A stretch of DNA of 64,000 nucleotides from Leptolyngbyaceae cyanobacterium (GCA_965263355.1 CBDHHL010000056.1:1664001-1728000), one strand, 5' to 3'. Positions 1 to 9,953 are shown, counted from the first letter of the stretch. Numbers and translations: made by a program. The notes: a model not told the origin generated them from the sequence alone.

Positions 1-607
1 AGCCATAGGCAATGGCATCTTGGGGCGTCAGGTAAAACATCCGCTCCATGTCCTTCTGGATCTTTTCTTCAGTCTGACCGGTGTTTTCGCTCAGCAATTT
101 GGTGATCAATCCTGTTTTACTCAGAACCTCGTCAGCATTGAGTTCAATATCGGTGGCTTGGCCACGGGTGCCGCTGTAGGGATGAACTAAGGCGATAGAA
201 GAATTGGGTAGGCTAGACCGCTTGCCTTTAGCACCGCAGGATAGCAAAACAGCTGACATGCCAATGGCTTGGCCCATGCAAATGGTAATCACATCCGACT
301 TGATATGACGCATCGTGTCATAAATCGCCAGGCCAGCCGTAATCGACATCATCCCTGCCGAACCATCGGCCATACCAGCCATCACTGGATCACCCAGAGA
401 ATTTATATATAAATAGATAGGCTTATCCGGGTCTTCAGAATCTAGATACAGAAAAGCCGAAATCAGCGAGTTAGCCACACCGTCAGTCAGCGGCTGATTC
501 AAAAACAAGATGCGCTCTTGACTCATGCGGGTGTAAATATTCACCCAAGCCCACCGTCGACTGCCAGGCAAGTTATAGGGGACTCGAATAGGACGTTCTA
601 CAACCAT
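1..607 (-). CDS. ClpP-fold protein, non-catalytic ClpR-like paralogue (3' end runs off the window; not in ORF track)
   Basis: Manual translation from ATG 607: MVVERPIRVPYNLPGSRRWAWVNIYTRMSQERILFLNQPLTDGVANSLISAFLYLDSEDPDKPIYLYINSLGDPVMAGMADGSAGMMSITAGLAIYDTMRHIKSDVITICMGQAIGMSAVLLSCGAKGKRSSLPNSSIALVHPYSGTRGQATDI...KDMERMFYLTPQDAIAYG. Clear ClpP motifs; open to the window edge. Confidence 0.9.
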   Translation of the reverse strand, partial: MVVERPIRVPYNLPGSRRWAWVNIYTRMSQERILFLNQPLTDGVANSLISAFLYLDSEDPDKPIYLYINSLGDPVMAGMADGSAGMMSITAGLAIYDTMRHIKSDVITICMGQAIGMSAVLLSCGAKGKRSSLPNSSIALVHPYSGTRGQATDIELNADEVLSKTGLITKLLSENTGQTEEKIQKDMERMFYLTPQDAIAYG

Positions 608-609
608 GG

Positions 610-1302
610 CTAACCAATCCCCGCTGGGATCTGTGTCGGTAGGTCCCTAGTACTCTCTAATACCCGGTCAATTAGACCATATTCCTTGGCTTCCCCAGGT
701 GTGAGGTAGAACATTCGATCGGTGTCTTTCTTTAGCTTTTCAGGCGTTTGCCCTGTGCAGCGGGACAGAATGTCTAGTGTAGCTTCACGGTTAGCCAAGA
801 CTTCCTTGGCCCGAATTTGAATATCAGTAGCTTGCCCCCGTGCCCCCGTGCGTGGCTGATTAAGGACAATAGTTGCATTCGGTAAGCTAGCCCGAAAATC
901 TTTAGTCCCTGCAGCTAAAATCATGGATGCTGTACCCATGGCCTGACCGATACAAATGGTATGAACCGGTGGCCGAATGTAGCGCATGGTGTCGCAAATA
1001 GCAAAGGCTTCAGTTTCAAAGCCAAGGGCATCACCGGTATACCAGGACGTTCCTGTTGAGTTTATATAGAAATAGATGGGCTTTTCAGGATCGTCAAATT
1101 CCAGATAAAGCAACTGGGCGATAATCAACCGGGTGACATCCAAACCCATTTGGCGCTTGTAGTCGTCTGACGACACTAGAGGCGTACCCAGATAAACAAT
1201 CCGTTCTTTTAGCAGAAGCGATTGTAAATCAGGAGGAGGAGTGCGAAACGCGGCATCTCCGCCATAATAAGGAGCCTGTACGGCTTTGATATTAGAACTC
1301 AT
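610..1302 (-). CDS. clpR: Clp protease non-catalytic subunit ClpR
   Basis: RTPPPDLQSLLLKERIVYLG N-terminus and INSTGTSWYTGD insertion; GQAMG and VLNQP replace the catalytic Ser and His motifs, as in cyanobacterial ClpR. Confidence 0.92.
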   Translation of the reverse strand: MSSNIKAVQAPYYGGDAAFRTPPPDLQSLLLKERIVYLGTPLVSSDDYKRQMGLDVTRLIIAQLLYLEFDDPEKPIYFYINSTGTSWYTGDALGFETEAFAICDTMRYIRPPVHTICIGQAMGTASMILAAGTKDFRASLPNATIVLNQPRTGARGQATDIQIRAKEVLANREATLDILSRCTGQTPEKLKKDTDRMFYLTPGEAKEYGLIDRVLESTRDLPTQIPAGIG

Positions 1303-1742
1303 AGACCCAGTTAGCCCTCTGCGGTGTCAGCTATTCACCGTTCAATGGTTTAGTGCAATAAGTCCGTGATGTCACGACCCATTGACGTCTACATAGTGTA
1401 ACCCGCGCTGAACAAGCTAGCAGGCTATGAATTTGGGGGATATCCGCCCATGGCGACTACAAAAAAACTAAGCTAGAGAAATCCATACCGTACGGGTCTT
1501 TTTAAGGAATTTTACGTCAGAGCATGTAGACCCTATGGGCACCTTGCCTATGGTTTACCTGAATGTTCTACTTGAGATCTGTACTTTTACGGGAATATTA
1601 GCGAGGGATTGCAGTGAGGGCAGGCTCCAGTGAATACAATTTAGGCAAATTACGGCAATGCTTTTACGCAAATTAGGGTGATGTATTTGAATCAACCCTC
1701 TAGAACCATAGCGATAGATATCATTGGTAAGGCAAGGAACGT

Positions 1743-2975
1743 ATGAAAGCTACCGTGCAATGGTCCATTAGCGATCGCAACCTAGACACTTCTCAAACCA
1801 ATAGTCAACGACACTTGGCCATTGCCGTACAAGCTGCTTCCAGTGGTGGTGATCGCCCTCCCCTAAACCTGTGCCTCATTCTTGACCAAAGCGGCTCCAT
1901 GGGCGGCACTCCCATCAAAACTGTCCGAGCTGCCGCTAAAAAAATTGTCGATAACCTATCCCCCCAAGACCACATCTCCATCATTTCCTTTGATCACGAA
2001 GCCCAGTTAGTTGTCCCCAATCAGCTTGCTACTGATTCCGATGCCATTAAGCAAGCCATTGAAAACATTCGAGCCGGTGGAGGCACCGCCATTGATGAAG
2101 GCCTCAAGCTAGGGATCGAAGAAATCGCTAAGGGCAAAAGCGGTACCGTCTCCCAAATTTTTCTACTCACCGATGGCGAAAACGAACATGGTAGCAATGA
2201 CCGCTGCCACAAACTCGCCAAGTTTGCCGTTAACCATGGCTTTACCGTCAGCACTCTGGGCTTTGGCGACCATTGGAACCAGGATGTGCTAGAACAGCTA
2301 GCCGATGCTGGTAACGGTAGTCTGGCCTATATTCAGAACCCCGATACCGCCATCCAAGAATTTAGCCGTCTCTTTAACCGCGTTCAGGCCGTCAGCCTCA
2401 CCAATGCCTACCTGGTGTTGACCCTACAGCCCCAAGTACGTCTGGCGGAACTCAAGCCCATCGCCCAGGTCCTCCCCGAAACCATCGAACTAGACGTCCG
2501 GCGTGAAGGAGAGCAAGCCATTGTCCGTCTAGGGGACCTCATGAACAATACGCCCCGCGTCATCTTAGCTAATCTCTACATTTCCCAGCTCGCCCCAGGC
2601 ACCCACCCCATCGCCTATGCCGAAGTCCAGTACGACGACCCAGCCCTGGGTAGCTCCCTCTCCACAGATAAAGCGGTGATCGATGTCACGGCTCAAACCA
2701 TTTACCAACCCCTGAGTGATCCCCAGGTTCAGAAATATACCCTGGCCCTAGCCAAATATCGCCAAACCCAAATCGCAGAAACCAAACTGCAAGCAGGCGA
2801 TCGCACCGGAGCCATCACTATGCTGCAATCAGCCACTCAAACCGCCATCCAAATGGGGGATAAAAACGCCGCTACGGTTCTACAAGAAAACGTCACCCAG
2901 CTCCAGACCGGTCAAGACCTATCGGAACAAGCCAAAAAGAAAACCCGCATCGCCTCCAAGACAATTCTCCAATAG
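1743..2975 (+). CDS. von Willebrand factor A (vWA) domain protein
   Basis: MIDAS motifs LILDQSGSM, GGTAI, LLTDGENE; C-terminal helical extension typical of cyanobacterial vWA proteins. Confidence 0.9.
   Translation: MKATVQWSISDRNLDTSQTNSQRHLAIAVQAASSGGDRPPLNLCLILDQSGSMGGTPIKTVRAAAKKIVDNLSPQDHISIISFDHEAQLVVPNQLATDSDAIKQAIENIRAGGGTAIDEGLKLGIEEIAKGKSGTVSQIFLLTDGENEHGSNDRCHKLAKFAVNHGFTVSTLGFGDHWNQDVLEQLADAGNGSLAYIQNPDTAIQEFSRLFNRVQAVSLTNAYLVLTLQPQVRLAELKPIAQVLPETIELDVRREGEQAIVRLGDLMNNTPRVILANLYISQLAPGTHPIAYAEVQYDDPALGSSLSTDKAVIDVTAQTIYQPLSDPQVQKYTLALAKYRQTQIAETKLQAGDRTGAITMLQSATQTAIQMGDKNAATVLQENVTQLQTGQDLSEQAKKKTRIASKTILQ
1771..1778. repeat. HIP1 octamer GCGATCGC (representative copy; about 20 copies spotted by eye)
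   Basis: GCGATCGC at 1771 and near 2797, 4061, 6193, 32780, 43721, 53961, 59291 and others; cyanobacterial hallmark. Confidence 0.9.
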
Positions 2976-2981
2976 TTGGAA

Positions 2982-3611
2982 ATGCGCCTTCGCTATTTGC
3001 TCAAAGCGATCCAATGCGGCTTTACCGGCAAGCCTGGTGATACTGCCGCCTATAAAGCCGCCGCCTTTGGCACCCCTTCCTACGGCGATCTCGATCAGCG
3101 GTTAGCCGTTTTAGCCAATCCCCTACCTGAAATCACCCTGGAGCAGCTACATTCGCAGCCCACTGGCAGTTTCGGATATACCCTAGCTGAATTTCTTGCC
3201 CACAACGATCTCCAGCCCCTTGTCCTATCTCCAAAAACTCGCACCGAACTACGTAAAGCGTCGCTGTTAGCCGTTCGCTATCCCATTCTCCACGATGCCT
3301 TCCATGTCCTACTCGGTTTCGACACCAGCCTGGCTGGAGAACTCGGCGTCTGGTCCTTTGTAGCCGCCCAGCACTACAGTCCAGCCTTTGACCGAGCCGT
3401 CTCTATAGGCCACTGGGTAACACGGTTGCTAACACCCTGGCAGTGGCAGCGCTTACAGAGTTATGAACAAGCTGGAGCAGAGTTAGGCAAACAAGCTACC
3501 TGTGTAATTGTCCAGCCTTTGGAAGAGTATTGGAGCATGGCGCTGGAGGAAGTCAGATTAAGGTTTGGCCTGCCAGCAGAGGGATGGAGAAAAAGTGCAA
3601 TTATCCCTTAA
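2982..3611 (+). CDS. Coq4-family protein
   Basis: HDAFHVLLGFDTSLAGE matches the Coq4 HDxxH-(x)11-E metal motif; LHSQPTGSFG resembles the family's LP.GT.G segment. ATG 2982 preferred over TTG 2976. Confidence 0.8.
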   Translation: MRLRYLLKAIQCGFTGKPGDTAAYKAAAFGTPSYGDLDQRLAVLANPLPEITLEQLHSQPTGSFGYTLAEFLAHNDLQPLVLSPKTRTELRKASLLAVRYPILHDAFHVLLGFDTSLAGELGVWSFVAAQHYSPAFDRAVSIGHWVTRLLTPWQWQRLQSYEQAGAELGKQATCVIVQPLEEYWSMALEEVRLRFGLPAEGWRKSAIIP

Positions 3612-3639
3612 CTTTTCAGAAATTTATTTGCCACAAACC

Positions 3640-4689
3640 ATGCAAATCACCTACACCCCAATCACCCTCCACAAAAAAGTCCCCCTCACCATCAGCCGCG
3701 GCACCCGTTCCCAATCCACCAATCTCTTCATCCAAATCACCGCCGACAACATCACTGGTTACGGCGAAGCCACCCCCTTCTCCATCGGCGACCAAACCCA
3801 AACCACCGAAACCATCACCCAATCCCTCGACCAAATCATCGAAGGCATTTCCATCTACCATCCCCTCGACCGCCAAATTATTGAAGAAAGCCTCGACCAA
3901 ATTGTCCCCTGCTCTGCCGCCCGCGCCGCCATTGACATTGCCCTTTGGGACTGGCTCGGCAAAAAGGTCGGTCTGCCCCTATGGCAACTGTGGGGACTCG
4001 ACCGTCAGCGCATTGGGCCAACCGCCGTAACAGTGGGCATTAATACCCCCGAGGCAGCATGCGATCGCATCCGCCGCTGGCACACAGACTACCCCGATCT
4101 CCGCTCCATCAAAATTAAACTCGGCAGCCCCGCAGGCATCGCCGCTGACCAAGCCATGTTTAGTGCCCTACAACCTGAATTTCGCCCCCAGGACAAAATC
4201 AGCATTGATGCCAATGGAGGCTGGACCCTCGACGATGCCCAAACCATGGCCACCTGGCTAGCCGAGCGTAACGTCACCTACCTGGAGCAACCCCTCCCCG
4301 TCAGCGCCAACCACCAGCTAGCAGAGCTAAAACAACAATCTCCCCTACCTATTTTTATCGACGAAAGCTGCTTTACCAGTCGCGATATCATGCCCCTGGC
4401 CCAGCACATCAATGGCATCAATATCAAACTAATGAAATCCGGTGGCCTCACCGAAGCCCGTCGCATGATCAACACTGCCCGTGCCTGCAATCTCAGTGTC
4501 ATGTTTGGCTGCTATTCCGACAGCGCCCTCGCCAATACAGCCTTAGCGCAGCTATCCCCCTTAGCCAATCACCTCGACCTCGACAGCCACCTTAACCTCA
4601 AAGAAAATCCCTTTGATGGGGCCACCCTAGCACTAGGCCGTCTCATGCCCAACGAGCAATCTGGATTAGGTATTACAAAAACCGCATAA
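3640..4689 (+). CDS. Dipeptide epimerase (L-Ala-D/L-Glu epimerase, enolase superfamily)
   Basis: GYGEA, KIKLG, DANGGW, EQP, DES, NIKLMKSGG and DLD motifs. ATG 3640 chosen over the upstream ORF start. Confidence 0.9.
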   Translation: MQITYTPITLHKKVPLTISRGTRSQSTNLFIQITADNITGYGEATPFSIGDQTQTTETITQSLDQIIEGISIYHPLDRQIIEESLDQIVPCSAARAAIDIALWDWLGKKVGLPLWQLWGLDRQRIGPTAVTVGINTPEAACDRIRRWHTDYPDLRSIKIKLGSPAGIAADQAMFSALQPEFRPQDKISIDANGGWTLDDAQTMATWLAERNVTYLEQPLPVSANHQLAELKQQSPLPIFIDESCFTSRDIMPLAQHINGINIKLMKSGGLTEARRMINTARACNLSVMFGCYSDSALANTALAQLSPLANHLDLDSHLNLKENPFDGATLALGRLMPNEQSGLGITKTA

Positions 4690-4797
4690 GCCTGCCCAGT
4701 TAATAACACTTATCAAGCCACTTATGGATACGACTGTTATAAAGATGGGCAATGCATTTTCTTCGCCTACACCAAATTGTTCTCGATGGCATGTAGT

Positions 4798-5103
4798 CTA
4801 TCCAGCAAAAACACTAATTAACGTAATTACTCCACCCATCACCATCAACCCAGCAGGCATAAACTTTTTTGTTTTGACCAGGCGAATAATAAATACGATC
4901 ACAAGTACCAGGGTGACAATCTTGACCACCCAAAGACCACTCGCAATGCCGCGAGCGGCTCGCATTGTTCCGATCAGTAAAAGGAGCCCACTGACAATGC
5001 CAGAAATTAACGAGGGCAGACTACCCGCTTTGCGATAGCCAACAATGCCACCAACTATAGCGAGAATTCCATAGATCAATGCGATGATAAGTCCTAACGA
5101 CAT
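4798..5103 (-). CDS. TMEM14-family small membrane protein
   Basis: YGILAIVGGIVGYRKAGSLPSLISG and KTKKFMPAG signatures. Confidence 0.9.
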   Translation of the reverse strand: MSLGLIIALIYGILAIVGGIVGYRKAGSLPSLISGIVSGLLLLIGTMRAARGIASGLWVVKIVTLVLVIVFIIRLVKTKKFMPAGLMVMGGVITLISVFAG

Positions 5104-5117
5104 AAGTTAACTTGAGA

Positions 5118-6416
5118 ATGAAGGAATTTGAGGCGACAACAGCTACCATCACTCAATACCGACAGCAAGCAGCCTCGCTTTTAATTTATCAGGATGTTCT
5201 CAACGATATCGTAGGTCAAACATTTTTATCGCTATTAGCAGCCCTCAGTACTGGCAAAGGCTTAGCTAACGAACGCGTCCAATGCATGACGGCCTATGGC
5301 GAATGGTTTCAGGCATTAGCCAGTACGGGAAAAAGCTGGGGGGACCATTTACTACAGCAGATATTGATGGCCGATAATGCCTTTACCAGAGCCGCCCAGA
5401 GTCTTACTGTAGCCGAGCTACCAGTTCCCTTATTAGCTGCAGCTCGTCATGATCTGCAGATTCTCCAAAAGCTATATACCTTATCCCCCAGTCATATTAG
5501 TCAGTGTGTGCAAACCGCCTGTCAGCTGACCCAGGCACCCGTCGTATGGTCATTACTTCCAGAACCGATGCCCGTAGACTTATCGTCCAATTGGTCAGAT
5601 GGTATTCCTCACTTGGTGGCCTACTATCAGCGTCAGGGCACAGGTCAATTTGGCCAGTTCCATGGCTTTCGTTGGCAGCAGGGGAAACTGCTAGGCATTG
5701 CTAAGCCAGATCCCATTCGCTTAGACGATCTAGCGGGCTACGACGCGCCTAAAAATACCCTGGTAAAAAATACAGAATTTCTACTCGCTGGTTTTAATGC
5801 GCTTAATGTCCTGCTATACGGTAGTCGGGGGGCAGGTAAGTCTTCCTTGATTAAGGCATTGCTCAATGAATATGCCGACCGTGGCTTGCGTTTGATTGAG
5901 GTGGCCAAGGCAGATTTGTATGACTTGCCAGCAATTTTGGAATACCTGAGGCCTCAGCCACAAAAGTTTATTCTCTTTGTGGACGATCTCTCGTTTGAGG
6001 AAGATGATGATGCCTTTAAAGCCTTGAAGGTTGTCTTGGAGGGAGGCATTACCCGACGGCCTCAAAATGTGGTGGTTTATGCCACATCAAATCGACGTCA
6101 TCTGGTCAGAGAATTTTTTGCTGATCGTCCCCGACTCAAGGATGCCGATGAACTAAAGTCCTGGGATACGGTACAAGAAAAGCTCTCCTTTAGCGATCGC
6201 TTTGGCCTCACCCTCACCTTTGAAGCAGCTGACCAGCCTATATATTTAGACATTGTCCATCATTTGGCGGCACAGGCAGGTCTGGATCTACCAATCGAAG
6301 ATTTGGACTATCGGGCTAGACAGTGGGCAACTCGCCACAATGGTCGTTCAGGACGCACTGCGCGACAGTTTATCGATTTTTTATCGGCGGAACTAGCCTT
6401 GGGTGAGGGGAAATAA
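5118..6416 (+). CDS. DUF815-family AAA+ ATP-binding protein
   Basis: Walker A GSRGAGKS; FVDDLSFEE; YATSNRRHL; SDRFGL; GRSGRTARQF. Confidence 0.9.
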   Translation: MKEFEATTATITQYRQQAASLLIYQDVLNDIVGQTFLSLLAALSTGKGLANERVQCMTAYGEWFQALASTGKSWGDHLLQQILMADNAFTRAAQSLTVAELPVPLLAAARHDLQILQKLYTLSPSHISQCVQTACQLTQAPVVWSLLPEPMPVDLSSNWSDGIPHLVAYYQRQGTGQFGQFHGFRWQQGKLLGIAKPDPIRLDDLAGYDAPKNTLVKNTEFLLAGFNALNVLLYGSRGAGKSSLIKALLNEYADRGLRLIEVAKADLYDLPAILEYLRPQPQKFILFVDDLSFEEDDDAFKALKVVLEGGITRRPQNVVVYATSNRRHLVREFFADRPRLKDADELKSWDTVQEKLSFSDRFGLTLTFEAADQPIYLDIVHHLAAQAGLDLPIEDLDYRARQWATRHNGRSGRTARQFIDFLSAELALGEGK

Positions 6417-6420
6417 AGGG

Positions 6421-7725
6421 ATGGGTAAATGGGGACGCTGGATGTTAGGACTGGTGGTTCTGGTGAGTGTGGGGGGTGCGATCGCATCCATTACCAAACT
6501 CATCCACAACCAAAACCGCATTTACACCATTCGCTTAGCCACAGGAGGGCCTGCAGGGGAATATTATGCCTTTGGCCAAGCCATTGCCCAAGTCACCGAA
6601 GTGCATGAACCCAAAATCCGAATTGAGGTGATCGAGTCTGACGGCTCTAATCAAAATATGGAAGACGTGCACAGCCATGCCGTCGATCTCGCCTTAGTCC
6701 AAAATGACACCCCCATAAAACGCAATGTGCGTGCCATTGCCCAACTGTATCCCGAGATGTTTCATTTGATTGCCAACAAAGATGCAAACATCAATACCTT
6801 GACAAATCTAAAGGGTAAGCGTGTTGCCCTAATGCCTGAGGGTAGTGGTTCCTACAATCTTTTTTGGCCCTTGATCCAACATTATGGTCTGACTAAAGAT
6901 GACTTTCAATTTCGTTCCATGGCCGTTATTGAGGCCCATACCGCGCTTCAGAACGGCACCGTCGATGCATTGTTTCGCATTATTGGTTTGGGTAACAGTA
7001 GCGTGGCTGACTTGCTTGCTGATGGACAATTTCAGCTAGTCCCCATCGACCAAATCGGCGCGTTACAACTGACTCAACCTTACCTAGAAGCTACCGTTAT
7101 TCCCAAGGGCAGCTACGATGGAGGCTCCCCTGTTCCGTCCAAAGATTTACCGGTTGTATCCGTCAGTGCACTCCTGATTGCCCATACCGATGTTAATCCC
7201 GATGTCGTCAAAGCCATCACGCGCATTCTCTACGAACATCGCAGTGATCTGATTCGCATCAATCCCCGTACAGCTAACATTCAGTCCCCAGACGCCAGCC
7301 AAAACCTGGGGTTTCCACTGCACGAAGGGGCTCGTGCCTATTACAACCAAGATAACCCAAGTTTTTTGGTCACCTATGCAGAACCCATTGGCCTACTGAT
7401 GTCTGTGGGCATTCTCATCTGTTCTAGCCTGTGGCAGGGACGGCAATGGCTGATCAGCAACCAAAAAGATCGCGCTGATCGCTACAATCTAGAAATTTTA
7501 GACCTGATCGAAAAAATAGAACAGGCTAAAGACTGCGAGGAATTACAAGCGTTACGACAACAGCTGCTTGAAATTCTCAGAAAAGTTGTTGTTGATCTGG
7601 ACATTGATCGGATCTCACCAGAATCCTTTCAATCCTTCACCTTTCCCTGGGAAGTTGCCAATACAGCCATCCGCCACCAAGAAATTATCCTCAGTGGTCG
7701 CACAACGTCTGTATCTAAGCATTAG
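6421..7725 (+). CDS. TAXI-family TRAP solute-binding protein with C-terminal TM and cytoplasmic extension
   Basis: ATGGPAGEYY, DLALVQND, LYPEMFHL, LKGKRVA and PLHEGARAYY motifs. Confidence 0.88.
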   Translation: MGKWGRWMLGLVVLVSVGGAIASITKLIHNQNRIYTIRLATGGPAGEYYAFGQAIAQVTEVHEPKIRIEVIESDGSNQNMEDVHSHAVDLALVQNDTPIKRNVRAIAQLYPEMFHLIANKDANINTLTNLKGKRVALMPEGSGSYNLFWPLIQHYGLTKDDFQFRSMAVIEAHTALQNGTVDALFRIIGLGNSSVADLLADGQFQLVPIDQIGALQLTQPYLEATVIPKGSYDGGSPVPSKDLPVVSVSALLIAHTDVNPDVVKAITRILYEHRSDLIRINPRTANIQSPDASQNLGFPLHEGARAYYNQDNPSFLVTYAEPIGLLMSVGILICSSLWQGRQWLISNQKDRADRYNLEILDLIEKIEQAKDCEELQALRQQLLEILRKVVVDLDIDRISPESFQSFTFPWEVANTAIRHQEIILSGRTTSVSKH

Positions 7726-7783
7726 TCACAGAACTCATCAGCTCTAACCTCAACAATTCTAGTGCAGCATCAATGCTAAAAGT

Positions 7784-7811
7784 TAGGATTCTGTATTGAT
7801 TAAGAATCCTA
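7784..7811. terminator. Inverted repeat between convergent genes (possible terminator hairpin)
   Basis: TAGGATTCT-N10-AGAATCCTA, perfect 9-bp stem; no clear U-tract. Confidence 0.4.
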
Positions 7812-7984
7812 GCATCAGCTATGTCCCCAGGGCTATAGGAGCAAACGTCACTCTTCATCCCGCTTGACTCTTCACGCTTGACTAGCCTCATCCTCAATCT
7901 TAGGCTTGACAAACCACTAGATTGCTTGTCGTATTTGCCAAATAGAAATGTCTCTTGCACACAGTCTCTAAAACTGTTTTTACC

Positions 7985-8959
7985 CTATTCTCCACCATTA
8001 TCTGTTAAATCTTTAAGTTCATGTTCCACCATCGCCTCTACCAAACCAGCGAATGAATATTTGGGTTGCCATTTAATACGGGTCTTAATCTTATCCACAC
8101 AACCTGCCAATGTTACCGGCTCATCAGGTCGATAAAATTGTGGATCAACCGACACATAGTCCTGCCAGTTCAGCCCCACATAAGAAAACGCGCAGTCTAC
8201 CAGCTCCTTTACTGAATGAGTTTCTCCACTGGCAATGATAAAGTCATCGGGCTTGTCATGCTGCAACATCATCCACATGGCAGTCACCACATCTTCGGCA
8301 TGACACCAGTCACGCCGGGCATCTAAGTTACCTAGTTTAAGCTCATTCGCCATGCCTAACTTAATTTTCACCGCCCCCCGAGTGATTTTACGAAACACAA
8401 ATTCTGCGCCCCGGCGGGGTGACTCATGGGTATAGGTAATGCCACAGCAGGCATAAAGATCATACTGTTGCCGATAATTGACTGTCATCCAATGGGCATA
8501 GGCCTTAGCCACACCATAGGGATTACGGGGACGAAATGCTGTCCGCTCTGTCTGTGGTGACTCATCAGGCTGGCCAAATACCTCACTACTGGACGCTTGA
8601 TAAAATCGAGTATCTGATTTGCACCGACGAATTGCCTCTAGCAATCGAGAAACGCCAATCGCTGTATATTCTGCCGTTAGGGCAGGCTGCGTCCAGGACA
8701 ATGGCACATAGCTCTGAGAGGCTAAATTATAAATTTCATCTGGCTGAGCCTCATCAATCGCATCCATCAGCGAAAACTGATCTAGCAAATCACCAGAAAT
8801 AATGTGAACTTTATCGGCAAAATGGTTGATTCGCCCAAAACTACTAGAGCTGGAACGACGTACCATCCCATAAACCTCATAGCCATTACTCAGTAAAAGT
8901 TCTGCCAAGTAAGATCCATCCTGCCCAGTTAAACCAGTAATCAGCGCTTTTTTTGCCAT
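7985..8959 (-). CDS. gmd: GDP-mannose 4,6-dehydratase
   Basis: ALITGLTGQDGSYLAELLL, FYQASSSEVFG, PYGVAK, HESPRRG and LGNLDARRDW. Confidence 0.9.
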   Translation of the reverse strand: MAKKALITGLTGQDGSYLAELLLSNGYEVYGMVRRSSSSSFGRINHFADKVHIISGDLLDQFSLMDAIDEAQPDEIYNLASQSYVPLSWTQPALTAEYTAIGVSRLLEAIRRCKSDTRFYQASSSEVFGQPDESPQTERTAFRPRNPYGVAKAYAHWMTVNYRQQYDLYACCGITYTHESPRRGAEFVFRKITRGAVKIKLGMANELKLGNLDARRDWCHAEDVVTAMWMMLQHDKPDDFIIASGETHSVKELVDCAFSYVGLNWQDYVSVDPQFYRPDEPVTLAGCVDKIKTRIKWQPKYSFAGLVEAMVEHELKDLTDNGGE

Positions 8960-9236
8960 GAACTAGAAATCCACGATCATTGCGTAATCAACCATAGCAA
9001 TAATTCACATACACAGCTGTTTTGGTTCTTGCACTTATGTGTAAAGTACACCAGCACTCTAAAACCATAGATATTTTTTCATGCATTGCATAAATATAGA
9101 AATGGAATCAGGTCATCCCATGAATTAAGCTCAATTAACAAATAAAACAATTATCAAAATCTCTCTAAAGGACAGCTAGAGAAGACAATAGATTCTATGT
9201 TTTTTTATTCCAAAATAGGATCTAAGGCGATAACAA

Positions 9237-9953
9237 TTAAGGCCATAGATTATATCTAACTATGCAATAAATTGCTCTCAAGCCATCTTTCCATCCTATT
9301 TTTTTTCCCTCTTTATATGTTCTACCGTAGTAAGAGATACCAACCTCGTAAATTCGGCATCCCATTTTGGCCACTTTAGCCGTTATCTCTGGCTCGAAGC
9401 CAAATCTATTTTCACGGATCTGAATAGACTGAATAACTTCTCTTTTAAAAGCTTTATAACCAGTCTCCATATCCGTGAGATTAATATTAGTAAACATATT
9501 AGATAGTGTGGTTAGGAAAACGTTGCCTACCATATGCCAATAATAAACAACTCTATGGGGCCTACCTCCTTGAAAACGTGATCCAAAAACTACGTCAGCT
9601 TTACCATCTAATATAGGCTTGAGCAAGTCAGGATACTCTTGTGGATCATACTCTAAGTCAGCATCTTGGACGATGACAACATCTCCAGTTGCCGCCGTAA
9701 ACCCGCTCCTTAATGCAGCTCCTTTACCCATATTTTTAGGATGATAAATAACTTTATCAACTATTAACTCAATCTTTTCTTTTAGTAGTTCCGTTGTGCC
9801 GTCATATGAACAATCATCAACAACAATAATTTCACAGTTTTCTATGGGGCTACGCTTAACAGCGGCAATGACAGACTCAATGGTATGAACCTCGTTATAG
9901 CAAGGAATGATAACGGATAGAATCACATTATAAAAGCTTTTTTCAACACTCAT
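9237..9953 (-). CDS. GT2 glycosyltransferase (polyprenol-phosphate mannose synthase-like)
   Basis: [37 protein letters not shown] and FGFEPEIT. Confidence 0.9.
   Translation of the reverse strand: MSVEKSFYNVILSVIIPCYNEVHTIESVIAAVKRSPIENCEIIVVDDCSYDGTTELLKEKIELIVDKVIYHPKNMGKGAALRSGFTAATGDVVIVQDADLEYDPQEYPDLLKPILDGKADVVFGSRFQGGRPHRVVYYWHMVGNVFLTTLSNMFTNINLTDMETGYKAFKREVIQSIQIRENRFGFEPEITAKVAKMGCRIYEVGISYYGRTYKEGKKIGWKDGLRAIYCIVRYNLWP

Noticed and set aside
3530..4030. 166-aa Pro/Ser/Lys-rich ORF
   Set aside because: Out-of-frame shadow of the dipeptide epimerase, caused by strongly C-ending codons in this stretch.
7851..7910. Short degenerate direct repeats (CTCTTCA..CGCTTGA, GCTTGAC x3) and small ORFs in the TAXI-gmd gap
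   Set aside because: Too short and irregular for an array; the overlapping 81- and 85-aa ORFs have no recognisable features.
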